Shown here one piece after another: positions 46,896 to 58,299 of a stretch of 64,000 nucleotides of DNA. Position 1 is the stretch's first letter, and each line of letters starts with the position of its first letter. This DNA is from Neophaeotheca triangularis (lineage: Eukaryota), in the NCBI GenBank assembly GCA_054600435.1, contig BAAIJX010000057.1, positions 1-64,000 on the forward strand, read 5' to 3'. The notes below the pieces were generated by a model. That model ran no database searches. It was given only the letters and a program-made list of their open reading frames with translations, and was not told the origin of the DNA. The position numbers and the translations under genes were made by a program.

Positions 46896-48867
46896 CGGTT
46901 GTGCTATTCCTACTCCGGCTACTTTTGCGACTCCTTGTACTGCTCTCATCATCGCTGGAATCAGGTCTTGCGTTGTCGGGGTGTTCTTCAGGCTCGTCGT
47001 CTTTGATATTCGGCTCGCGATCTCTGGTTAGCTCGCCGTCGGCCTCTTCGGTCGTCTTCTTCCAGTCTGACCGGTTGGAGCGCTTGTAGTGGTCTTCGAT
47101 CGATGACGCCGTCGGTTTCACATGCAGCCACACTTCGCCGCCTTCGCCAGGCGGCTCATGACCTTGACGGTTGGACAACAACCGCACCTTCTGAGCGGCT
47201 TTTGGAAAGATGCGAAACATCCATTCGTGTGGGATACGCAATCGAGCCGCCGTGTACTTTTGCTTCGGCATGTGCTTTTGTATTTCCGGAACCGCTTCCA
47301 AAGGCGCAAGATCGGCAGACAGAAGTTCTTCGTTGGTGTATGCTCTAAGCACATCTGCAAATTCTGATGGGAGAGCATGGCTGAGGAACTCGAGACTGGC
47401 GTTGATGTTCAAATCAAGCGCTCGTTGTGGGTCAGCCATTGACTTCAACGCGAAAGAGCAGAGTTTTGGGTAGAGAAGGGAAAAGTCGGATTGGTTAACA
47501 TGTACCGTGCCACGGACCGTCATGAGCCACGCAGGGGATCGAGAGGGTGCGTTCTGAGCCTCTTGAACGACGTTAGACACGGTTGCGAAGTTCTCGGGCC
47601 AGTAGGTAAAAGCTTCGCTGTTGATAGCCAGCAGAGGTATGTCGATGACGTTGCTGACTTTAGTCCTCTCCTCAATTTTTTTAGAGGCAACTCCCCAAAT
47701 ATCATAACAAATCCCCTGGGAGATATAGGGAAAACGATTGTTGTCACGCATCATCTCGCAGGCAGTGGCAGCGCCAAACGAATGTCCAGCGGCCGTGACA
47801 TGGGTAAGATGAATTCGATGCTTCCACTGATCAAATTGCACCCCATTCAGGCCGTGCGAACTGGATCCCTTATACCCTTTACGCCTCAAATTCTTTCGGA
47901 CAATCTCTTCGCCATGGCCCTCGTTGATCATCCTTAGCACTTTGTAGCTTTCCTCCAGCTCCGCTATGCGCAAGTCGATTTGCGCGGCCCGGAGATCGCT
48001 ATCCGGGCCCTGCGGATTTTGAGGGGAGGTGTCAAAAGGGTTATCCCTGGGATATATATACTCTTTCTTTTCGTAGCCTCGGCGTTTGTCCTCTGCATGG
48101 TGGTGCACGCTTCCCTTGGTTTCGCGTTCATCTGCGCTGCCCTCTTGCTCGGCTTTCGGAGCATGATTAACATAGGTCCGCGGCCCGGAGCCATCGCGAT
48201 GCTCAACGGCGCAGACGACAAAACCATAGCTTGCAAATTCGCCGCACATTGAAGAGTACATCGTCCTTGTCCCGCCAAGACCGTGACTGAATAGCATGAC
48301 CGGAAACTTGGGCATCTTCGTCGCCTCCTGCGGCTTCGACCCTTCGCGCGTCTTCACGGAAACATTCTCGTCCCTAACATTGACCTTGGCCGCCCAGTGC
48401 TGCGCTATCGGCGCGTTGCGGTACGCAGGCAGTTTCGTAAACATCGTGGGTAAGAAGATGGGGTAAGCCAGACGACCCATCCCAGCGAAGTTTCCATAGC
48501 CCTGCGCGATGCCCAGCCTAGGCCTCCCCAGCCACAACTCTCGCGAATACTGGAAGGGATCCTTCTCGTCGGCCTGGTGGGCCTCGCGGGAGACCGGGTA
48601 GTACACGGTCATGAGAACAGTCTCCAATTGCAGTGCGTATTTGTGATCACGTTTGATTTCGGAAAAATGTCTTGGGTTGTCCACGGGGACTTCGATCTCC
48701 ATGGTGCCGACGGAGTAGGGTCCGGTGTATGTTGGCAGCGATCGTCCAGGGAACAGCAAATGGTCCCTCCAACCCCTTGGGGGTCTTGCTTTGGGATCTT
48801 GTGGATTCGGGACATTCTCCGACGTGTCGGCACCCAATGGAGGTGGGTTCGATCCTGGTTTTCTCAT
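46879..48867 (-). CDS. Platelet-activating factor acetylhydrolase-like lipase
   Basis: GPYSVG, FSHGLGGTR, YGFVVCAVEHRDGSG, GHSFGAAT, INSEAF, HVNQSDF. Confidence 0.93.
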   Translation of the reverse strand: MRKPGSNPPPLGADTSENVPNPQDPKARPPRGWRDHLLFPGRSLPTYTGPYSVGTMEIEVPVDNPRHFSEIKRDHKYALQLETVLMTVYYPVSREAHQADEKDPFQYSRELWLGRPRLGIAQGYGNFAGMGRLAYPIFLPTMFTKLPAYRNAPIAQHWAAKVNVRDENVSVKTREGSKPQEATKMPKFPVMLFSHGLGGTRTMYSSMCGEFASYGFVVCAVEHRDGSGPRTYVNHAPKAEQEGSADERETKGSVHHHAEDKRRGYEKKEYIYPRDNPFDTSPQNPQGPDSDLRAAQIDLRIAELEESYKVLRMINEGHGEEIVRKNLRRKGYKGSSSHGLNGVQFDQWKHRIHLTHVTAAGHSFGAATACEMMRDNNRFPYISQGICYDIWGVASKKIEERTKVSNVIDIPLLAINSEAFTYWPENFATVSNVVQEAQNAPSRSPAWLMTVRGTVHVNQSDFSLLYPKLCSFALKSMADPQRALDLNINASLEFLSHALPSEFADVLRAYTNEELLSADLAPLEAVPEIQKHMPKQKYTAARLRIPHEWMFRIFPKAAQKVRLLSNRQGHEPPGEGGEVWLHVKPTASSIEDHYKRSNRSDWKKTTEEADGELTRDREPNIKDDEPEEHPDNARPDSSDDESSTRSRKSSRSRNSTTVNRDP

Positions 48868-49750
48868 GTCGATGATTGACGTTTAAGGAATCGCGAGACT
48901 GGATTTCGACGTTTTGGCAGTATTCGGATATATTTCCCACCTTCGAAACCGTCCCTGGCCTTGAGACTCACTTAATGCCGTCGAACAGTATCTGGTTATG
49001 GGCTTGTTTCGAGGCAGTATGCCAGTCTTGCGATGGGTAGCACCGCGTACTTCGAGTATTTTGATGCGCCTCTCAGCGCGATCTTTTTCTGGGGGAAGAT
49101 CTCGCCATGCCCCTACGCCGGTGCGGGAGGTGGCGACAGCAGATACAAAAGAATCAATGCAACCTCCGCAGGTTCCCGAGCGCGCACTTTTGTTGTTCAA
49201 GCCGAACCACCACCCCGCCGACTTCTTGCAAAACTCAGCGAGCCGTCGACTGCCGGCGACTGAGTCAAAGAAATAATAATGTGGATGTTGTTACGCAGCG
49301 GCCGGTATCCAGCCGAGGAGTTAGGTAGTCGACTTCGCAACCTAACCCTTACGCTTGGCGTCTAGCTAGGTAGAGTCAAAATGGCGCCCACTGCTATCAC
49401 ACGCGTTTTGGAGATTGCGGTCGTCGATCTTTCACCCCATCAGCCCTATTTCCTCCTATCTAATTGTAATCTGTGAGTCTTGGCCCAATGCACATGGTAT
49501 TTCGAATACCTCACTGATGCATCACTGGCTGATTTGATTGAAACACCTCGCTAAGCAATGCAAAGCCGTCTAAGCACTTAGCAAACGCTTGGAATTTACC
49601 AACGTACCTTACGAAGATTCAGCGATATAAGCGTCACGCTACTGAAAGCTAATCTCTCTCCAGTAGATTCCCGTCCATACCTCCTACCTACCTCACCCGC
49701 AGATAGGTAAGGTATAGAGTCGCATCAGAAAGCCACCACATCCCACATCC

Positions 49751-50684
49751 CTACTCGTCCTTGTGGTCTTCGTCACCCTGTTCGGCGTCTTCAAGCAAGT
49801 CCTGCACCGACATCTCTTCCGCCAGGTCGAAGCTTACAACCTCCTCCTCTTCCTCTCTTGCGCGCTTCCGGCCTAGGATGGACCAAGTGACCTTGGAGTC
49901 AAGCATCGACACTTCGACCGGTCTACGCCTTTGATTTCAGCTTTTCCAAACCACTTTTCTGTATCCAACGGCAAAATTGTTCTCGCCATCCATTTAGAAA
50001 TTCTTCTTCAACTGCTTGGACATTGAACAGCTTGCGCCGGGCCCTGAATCGGCTACAGCCCCGATGCCAAGTATGTCGGCACCGTCAGTAGCAACCAGGC
50101 TCACAGGACTCGTCAGCTCGACATCAGTACGGCGGTGGCGACCCTCGCTGCGAGTTATTTTTGGGTCCAATGCCGTCTGCAACTCGACAATGAGGTAGCT
50201 CTTCGCGCCGTGTTTGATACCCTCTTCGAGCCACTCTCGGGCTTTGCTGTCGCCAGTGCACAGATTGCGGAAGACTGATCGGGGCTGTCTCAGCTGATAC
50301 CTTGTAACGAGGATGGAATCCAGGCGTTCGCTTGAACTCTCGCCGCCCCCATGTGAGGTTCTCAACAGCTGAGTCAAGGCGCCGTTAAAGGCCAAGTCTT
50401 TGCTACGCAAGATTAGTATGTGCAGTGCTCGGGAAACGACGAGAAGCCCTTCTGCGACTGGGAAAGGCTCCCAAACCTCATGCCTGCCACTTTTTTGACC
50501 TACCTTGTCGATAACATGGCAGCGAAGGATGTAGCACTGGATGGGAAAATTTCTTCCGCAGACAGAGGCGGCTCTCTGGGACGTATACGTCCAAGATCGG
50601 ATGCTTGATCGACTCGACGAGCGTTCCTAGACTCAACGCTTTTGTCGGTAACATTTCGTCGAGAAGCAGCATTCGGGAGTCCAT
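49751..50684 (-). pseudogene. Fungal gasdermin-like gene (RCD-1/HET-Q1-type), ~277 codons; intron 50403-50503; one frameshift and two premature stops
   Basis: Reconstructed: MDSRMLLLDEMLP..LSLGTLVESIKHPILDVYVP / ..RYQLRQPRSVFRNLC..AREWLEEGIKHGAKSYLIVELQTALDPKI..ELTSPVS..F*MDGENNFAVGYRKVVW..W..GRKRAR then an acidic tail. Frameshift near 50573; stops at 49994-49996 and 49937-49939. Confidence 0.7.
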
Positions 50685-50899
50685 TGTCGACGCCTGGCAA
50701 AGTGCTTGACGCTACGGTTTGTCTTGGCTTGTTTTGCGCTTTGAGAGTAGACTTGAGACGATTTGACCGTATGATTGCGCTTTTATGCAACTAAAGTACT
50801 GAGCTGGAATTAGAGCAGGTGAGTGAAAGCAGTAATGCCGTTGAGCTATGATCCGCGTAGTGTGGACGAGGCTGAGGCTGAATCAGCTGTTGAACCAGC

Positions 50900-50933
50900 T
50901 ATATATATATATATTATATATATATATATATAT
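50900..50933. repeat. (TA)n microsatellite in the divergent intergenic region
   Basis: tatatatatatatattatatatatatatatatat. Confidence 0.9.
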
Positions 50934-51096
50934 GTAAGGCGCTTAGAAGGACGTGAGAAACGCCGCGCCTACACGTGCAGCAACAACACAAAGAGACAAC
51001 CGAACCTACCTAGGTAATGGACAAGCTTACGTAAATACCAGAAAAGGGCATACGACTCCGCGACCACGCGTGGCCAAGACACTTGACGATTACAGC

Positions 51097-53822
51097 ATGT
51101 CTGACGCTTCCGCGTCTCTGTGCACCTCAGTGTCGGATTGCAAGCCCAACGGCACATTTTCAGCACTGGATGAGGCGGAGCAACTCAACACCAACTACCT
51201 CGAGTTTTCGAGCCAATACACTCGTACTTCTGACCTTGGCCTTTTACTGCAAGCACTTGATGCTATCCAAGGAGCTGTGGACATAGTCACCAACAGCGTA
51301 ACAGCTAAGCACGAGCGGTAAAGAAGTCAACATGCTGGATACCTCAACAACCTAGGTCGGTGTTGCCGATTGTACTTTGAAGCGACAAATGAGCTCCATT
51401 TTCTGGCCAGGGCAATCGACGCTGGTGAGATGAGTCTTAACGTTGCGAAGCAGGCCTCGCCATTGCACTCCTTGTATTCCACCAATTTAAGCGAATCGCT
51501 GGCTTCCCGATGCCTTGCAGGTGGGCATACCTGTAGCGAAGGTGACATCTGGCGTACCCTCGAGTTGGCACGTGAAGCTGCCATGTGGTCTGAGGAGGCC
51601 AAAGAACATGAAAATGATGCGCTTGCGACTCTGGCATCACGGCTGAGTCAAATCCTCAGCCACATCAGCAGGGATGACCAATACCTGAAAGAAGCAATCG
51701 ATATCGAGAGAAAGTTGGTCGATAAAGACTGCAAAAACCGTGCCGTCTACCTTTTCAACCTAGCCGAGGATCTTTGTCTACTCTTTGCGCGCTACGGCAG
51801 TCAGGCGGATCTGCTCGAGGCTTGCGCAAACCCTGAAGGCGCTTCGCAACAATTTGGTCCAAAGAATGTTCACTACTTTAAAAAATGCCCGGCGCTTCAC
51901 CCACTGTACCATCGACTTGACGTTTGAAACGAGGAATCCGACTGGCCTTGACAACGCTTTGAAGCTACTTGACAGCATTCAACCATCCACTTTGGCGGCA
52001 CGCGACCGCGCCGCTCTGCACCACACCAGGAGTAGATTGCTTTGCACAAAGTAAGATTTGGCTTCCGACTTTAAAGATCTCAATCAATCTATCGATGCTG
52101 CGGAGACCGCCGTGGGCCTCTCGAAGTGCCATGGCTAGGTCGGGGACTAAGATGCTCTTTACGCACAGCTAAGCAGCCGTCTTAGCAAGCGCGCAGAGAG
52201 CTCGTTATCTCTACAACACATGGAGATGGCATCAAATATGCCAGAAAAGCTGTCGAGGCATGAGCTGCTTACCCGGCTCGCCAAGCTTTTGCGTACAGCA
52301 CTATCGGCAATGCGCTCGCAATGCGACACACCCTCTTCGGTGGCACGAATTACATGAAAGACACTCTGGTCGCAAGACGCCAGACAGTGGCACTGCTTCC
52401 CGACGACCATCATGACAAACCTACCCGCACGCACAACCTTGCAGTTAGCCTAAGAGCCCAGTTCGACTCCTCTGGAATCATGGCTGCGCTAGACGAGAGT
52501 ATCATGCTAGAGAGACAGGCCTCCTCCAGCGAGAATAACGATTTGGCTGACAGGGCCATGATCCTGGACGGCCTCAGCATCTCCTTATCGGATCGCTATA
52601 AACTCGAAGGCAATAGGAGAGATCTAGACGATGCAATCCTTGCTTCAGAAAGCGCCGTCTCTGGAAGCCTCGACGATCAACGAAAGCCGGGATACCTCAA
52701 CAATCTGGCCAATCGTCTCAGCCATCGGTTCAGACGCCACAACAACAGATCCGACCTCGACGAGGCTGTGTCTAAAGTGAAAGAGGCGCTGCGTGCAGTT
52801 ACAGAAGAATCTCACAGTCATCGGATCTTGTACATGACTACGCTCAGCAATATGTTAGCTGAGCGGTTTGATGCCTTCCGCAGCCACGAGGACTGATGCG
52901 CAGACCAACTCGAAAACCTGCTGCAGTCTGTAACAGCGGCTAGAAGTGTTATAGCACTTGCCCCCGCTTTACACCCGCACTGGCATTGGTACGTTCATAA
53001 TCTTGGCCTCAGGTTGTAGCGGCTCTATGACACGGAGTCAGATGTTCGGAAGAAACGAGCGTATCTTGATGAAGCTTTGGAACTGGCCGAGCACTGCGTA
53101 CCCTAAGACTGGCGAGGTCAAAGGTCACCAAGAGGGCCGCCGCGAATAGGAAAATGGCTGCTTTGCTCAGTTGGCTTTGGGAGGTTGCGATTAGCCCTGT
53201 GCTCGACCATCTCAAACTTGAGCTGACCGAAGCGCATCAGCCCAGCACCAGGCTTTGGTGGGTGATGAGTGGTCCCCTTGGACTGCTAGCCTTACATGTG
53301 GCCGGGAAAGGGAGAAAGAATTCAGCTGCAGACGTTTACAACTACGTCGTGTCGTCTTACACCCCTAGCCTCACAGCTCTAGCTTTTGCGAGAGAATGTG
53401 AAGGAAGATCCGGCGGTATCTCTTCGACAGCCGCTCTCACCACCATGCCAGAGACCCCTGGCAAACTCGCAAATATATCCGCGGACCAGGAGTCAACCGC
53501 GATTGTTCAAGCTTTCGAATCAGCAAAGTCGCCGCATCAACTTCTTCAACTACGGCAACCGTCAGCAAAGCAGGCACTGTCAGCTGTCGTTGATGGAAAC
53601 ACTAGCATTCTCTATCTGGCCTGCCATGCTGATCCCGATGTCACCAACCCGTTACGGTCGTCATTGCTCTTCGGAAGCAATCCAGATGCTGCCTCACCAG
53701 ATCCAGATCGACTACCAATAGAGGAACTCATAACTGCACAAAAGAGCGCAACAGCCCTTCCTCAGCCGCTACGCCTTGCCTATCTGTCCGCCCAGCAGTC
53801 GGCCTCATCGACGAGAATATAG
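51097..53822 (+). pseudogene. TPR-repeat plus CHAT (caspase-like) protease, multiply disrupted and C-terminally truncated
   Basis: Repeated YLNNL.../DLDEA TPR-like units; CHAT signatures LSWLWEVAISPVL, RLWWVMSGPLGLLALHVAG, VVSSYTPSLTAL, LACHA, NPLRSSL, LAYLSA. Stops at 51319, 52052, 52136, 52148, 52894, plus frameshifts. Confidence 0.88.
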
Positions 53823-55789
53823 TGAGTGGCCCGACTTCTCCCCCCTTAGCAGTCTGCAAGAGTATACATACCACACCCCGAACACGTTTCCATCAGCCAC
53901 CTCTCGGGTCCTTGGCACAGTGGATAGTGCGCCTCACGCAAACTAGGGCCATAGAGTGCCCCTGACACTCACCGTGGGATCGTGTAGGGGTACTCTCGCT
54001 CCCCCTGAATAAGGAATGAGGAGAGCCCAGTTCGAATCTAGGAGGATCCAGTAAGTTGCTTCTCACACAATACCATCTTTTTGCTCCTCTTCTCGTTCTT
54101 GTGAGTTTTCTCATTACGCCGCACAATAGCTCCCTAGCTAGCTAGGGCTGTATCAACAATACTCACTCCCCCGTATTGGCTCTAGACTCGGTCGGGTTTA
54201 GGCACAATGATAGATAGTGCGTCTTGCGCAGGCAGACCTCGCGACAGCAGTATACATACCCGCCACTGGTGAAAGATGGCGGCGCGCTTGACGCTCACCG
54301 TGGATTCGTGGAGGGGTGTTTCTATGGGCATAGCAGTGTGAGGATTACAGGAGGATCCAGTAAACCTTTTTCGCTTGCGAGGTGTTCACGGCTCTCGTCG
54401 GCGGCTTTTCACCTTCTCCCGGCGAGAGAGACCTTTCTTTCTCTGGTGGAACCGTGTTGGGATGAGACTGCTACGAGAGATCTTGTCTGGACCTGCCTGT
54501 GACATCTGCTCCTCCTAGGAATTCGCCGGTGGGTTTGGAGTTGGGGTCAAGGAGGTCGAGCTCACTCTTCAGGGGTGATTTAGATCTCCTTTACTGGAGG
54601 CTTTCTTTAGGTGGTGCCCGCACATACCGCGTTGATGATTAATTGGTCGAGCTAAGTAAGGTTCCATTCTTCACTTGGGATGGATGGGGTTGTCAAAGTT
54701 TTGTTGTCATTTCCGATCCAGTTTTACAAGCTACATTGATTATGTATGAGTACGGAGGCAGATGTTGGTTAGTAAAAAGACCGACCGGCGTAGTTAGCTG
54801 TCTACTGTACCCAAGCCACACAGATACCACACCACGCCAAGCAGCGCCAAGCAACGCGAGATGCTCTCTAGTGGAGTGGGCGGGTCAATTCTGCTCGGGC
54901 AGAATGATTACTTACCTTACGGTGGTAGGTACCTAGGGCTGTCAACTAAGGCCCTCGGAAACTAGATACAGGTAGTTTGTATGTATGTGTGTAGTAGTCG
55001 TCTCCCTTTGCCTCACTCAAGTCTCAAAGTCGTGTTATGCTGACGTTTATATCAGTCGGCCAAGACTGATGGATGGATGACCAAGCACAACGGACGAGCA
55101 TCCAATGTGTTCTCATTACCATTGTCAAGATTGTCCAAAAGAGTTTGTGGCTTGACATTAATAAGTCAGTACTGACTGCAGGTGGGGGAAAGACTAAAAT
55201 TGAGTTTATGCTTTTGCGACTGTCACCACCCTCTTAAGGCTCGAACCGAGGAGACGACTCTTTCACGCCCGACTTTGTGGTGGCGGCACAAGACGGCAGT
55301 CGTCGTTGAGTTTTGAGTACTGGGTACTAGGTAGTTAGGTATTCTTACTTAGTTGATGAGTAGTCAACTACCTAACTTATACCATATCTATTCCTCCACC
55401 TACTTATCACCACTACTACTACTACTGGCAGAATAGCATCCCCCCAGAGCCAAACGACTACTACTACCTTGAGGCTTAAAGTCTTTGACCCCCGCCGCCC
55501 TTGTAATACGCCAACTACAACTGCCGAGTCAAGCCGCCCCCAGGTCATCCTTTCCACACAGCCCAGGCATTTCTTTCATTCATTCATTCATTGGTGCGCG
55601 AGCTTGACAAGCCCACTCCTCTCAAGCAAGAGTCAAGCTTGTTTGGTCCACTTCTTTAATCTGGAAGCGAGTGGCCAATATAGTACTATCTACTAATCAT
55701 CAGCCACTCACCAACATCTAATACCCTCAAGGTACTCGTAACTACTCGTACTCTTCACCTCTCGACTGCTTGCCTCAGCTTTGTTGAAC

Positions 55790-57766
55790 ATGGTCGACTT
55801 CTCCCAACGCGATCCCTACACTTGGCACGACCAGAAGGGATGGAGAGCCTACCGGGTATTCAGACCCGGCCGAGGCATGTATTGGGATGTTCGTCGACGC
55901 CTTCCCTACTACTGGTCCGACATCAAGGATGGCTTCAACTACCAGACAGCCGTCGGCACGGTTCGAATCTTCTTCGTCAACCTGCTCCCCGCCATAGCCT
56001 TCATGCTGGACATGCAACGCCGAACCGACGGCTTCTTCGGATTGAACGAGGCCCTCTTCTCTTCTGCATTGGCCGCGTTGGTCTTTAGCCTGCTCTCTGC
56101 CCAGCCCTTGACGGTCGTGGGAATTACGGGCTTGATCAGTTTGTTCAACTATACCATCTACGATATTGCTGTCGACCAGGGCATTGGGAACCTTTACCCG
56201 GAGTTCTTGGCTTGGGTCGGTATTTGGGCCGCCATCACGCATTGGTTGGCGAGTATCTTCAACTTGAACGACTACATGCGCTACATTACCGACTTTTCGA
56301 GCCATTCGTTTGGCATGTATGTTGGTATCATCTACATGAGTGAGTAGCCAGTCCGCTTCTCGTTCGGCCCGAGTGCATGTGCTAACAACATCACAGTCAA
56401 AGGAGTTGAGGAGCTGGTTGCTCAATTCGACGAGAACAATGGAGGATCTTTGAGCGCTGGCTATTTATCAGTAGTCATTGCACTTTGCTACTGGGCCAGC
56501 GTTTACTTTCTTGAATTCCTGGGATCGACCACATGGCTCACACCCATCGTACGCAAGATGCTGTCCGACTACGCCTACCCCATAGCCACAGTATGGTGGA
56601 CGGGCTTCTCTCACATCCCTGGCAGGATCGCCAATACAAACCTCCAACGACTCGAACACACCCGGGCGTTCTATCCATCCATCGATCGATCGTGGCTGAT
56701 CCCCTTTTGGGACCTACCCGTCAAGTGGGTGTTCGTGGCCCTCCCCATCGGAATCCTAATCACCCTCCTCTTCTACTACGACCACAACGTCTCCTCCCTC
56801 ATCGCCCAAGCCCGTAGCTTCCCTCTCACCAAACCCGCCGGCTTCAACTGGGACTTCTTCCTTCTCGGCTGCACCACCTTCATCTCCGCCATCATCGGCA
56901 TCCCCCTCCCTAACGGCCTCGTCCCCCAAGCCCCCGTCCACACCGACGCCTGCACCACATACGTGGAAAAGCTCGAAACCTACAGAGAAAAGGACGATAC
57001 CGAAAACGCCTCGACCCAACACCGACGCCGCAGACTCGTCGTCCCCCACGACACAAAAGAACAACGCGTCTCGCACTTCATCATGGCGCTCCTCTTCGTC
57101 GGCCTCATGACCGGCCCGCTCCTCACAGTCCTCGCGACCATGCCCCTCGGCCTCTTCTGCGGCGTCTTCTTCGTTGTAGGCTTCAGCAGTATCCAAGGCA
57201 TGGGCATCACCAAAAACGTCATCTTTCTGCTCAGCGAGCGACAATTCCTCGACCCTCAAGACCCACGACTGACGCTCAAACGCCGCCGCATCTGGTTCTA
57301 CCTCACTTTTCAAGGCCTGGGTGTCGCCTTCTCCGTCGCCATCAGCCAGACCATTGGCGCCATTGGTTTCCCCGTCATCATCATCGCCCTCATCCCCATC
57401 CGTTGGCTCCTGCTGCCCCGCATCTTCACCAAACACGAACTCCTCACCCTCGATGCACCGACTGCCGATGCCCCTGTCGTAATGGCGAGTATGGGCGGCC
57501 AGCCGGAATTACCCGAAGTCAGGCTCGCGAGAGCTAGAGGGGAGAACGTCGACGGCGATGGCGAGAATGCCGGGTATGAGGCGGGTAAAGGCCAGGGCGC
57601 TGGGGGGAGTAGTAGTGGTTTTAGCGAGGAGAGCAAGGAGCGGGAGCGCAACGTACGGGATCGGACTGGAGTCAGGGATACGGAGCATCTTGGTCTTGCG
57701 GGGGAGAAGGAGAGGAGAAATCCCGAGGGTGCTGTCGATCAGAATTCGAGGACAGGGCATCTTTGA
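55790..57766 (+). CDS. BOR1: SLC4/HCO3- transporter family borate exporter; intron 56340-56396
   Basis: DVRRRLPYYWSD, NLLPAIAF, QPLTVVGITG, LFYYDHNVSSL, GFNWDFFLLG, NGLVPQAPVHT, EQRVSH. Confidence 0.94.
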
Positions 57767-58299
57767 GCTTTTAACGTACAGGGAAGGGGGTGTTTGGTGT
57801 TTGCTGCGTTGAAGTATGGCGTACATGGGCGCATGCGGAGGTATTGTTGAGTTCTTCAGCGCTCGCGCACGTGGTCCAAAACTGTAGATAGGTTCAAAGA
57901 GACTGGTTAGGATGATCGAGAAATCAATGCATCATTGCCATTTCTTTTGATTGTAGCTTTTCTTCCGGATCATGGCGCGGGCTCGACTTTTGCGACCCAG
58001 CTTTGACTGAAATTTGTCTGCCAACTTCTTGAGCAGCTTATATCTTGATCATAACTCAGCTATTAGTAATGCCGCAAAACCTCCACTGTGGAATCAAATC
58101 ATCCATCGTATGTCCGTGGTCGTAGCAAAACGCCTCCCCCCTAAGCAACCCACCCTCCACCCCAGCAAGTCGTCTAAACCCGAAAGCAAGCAGCAACAGC
58201 AACGCCCTCAACCCCTGCCCATGCACCTTTCAAAACCCGCCCTCGAAACCACAGCAAACCAGCAACCCATCCCAACCTCCCCCCCAAAACCCCAAGGCC

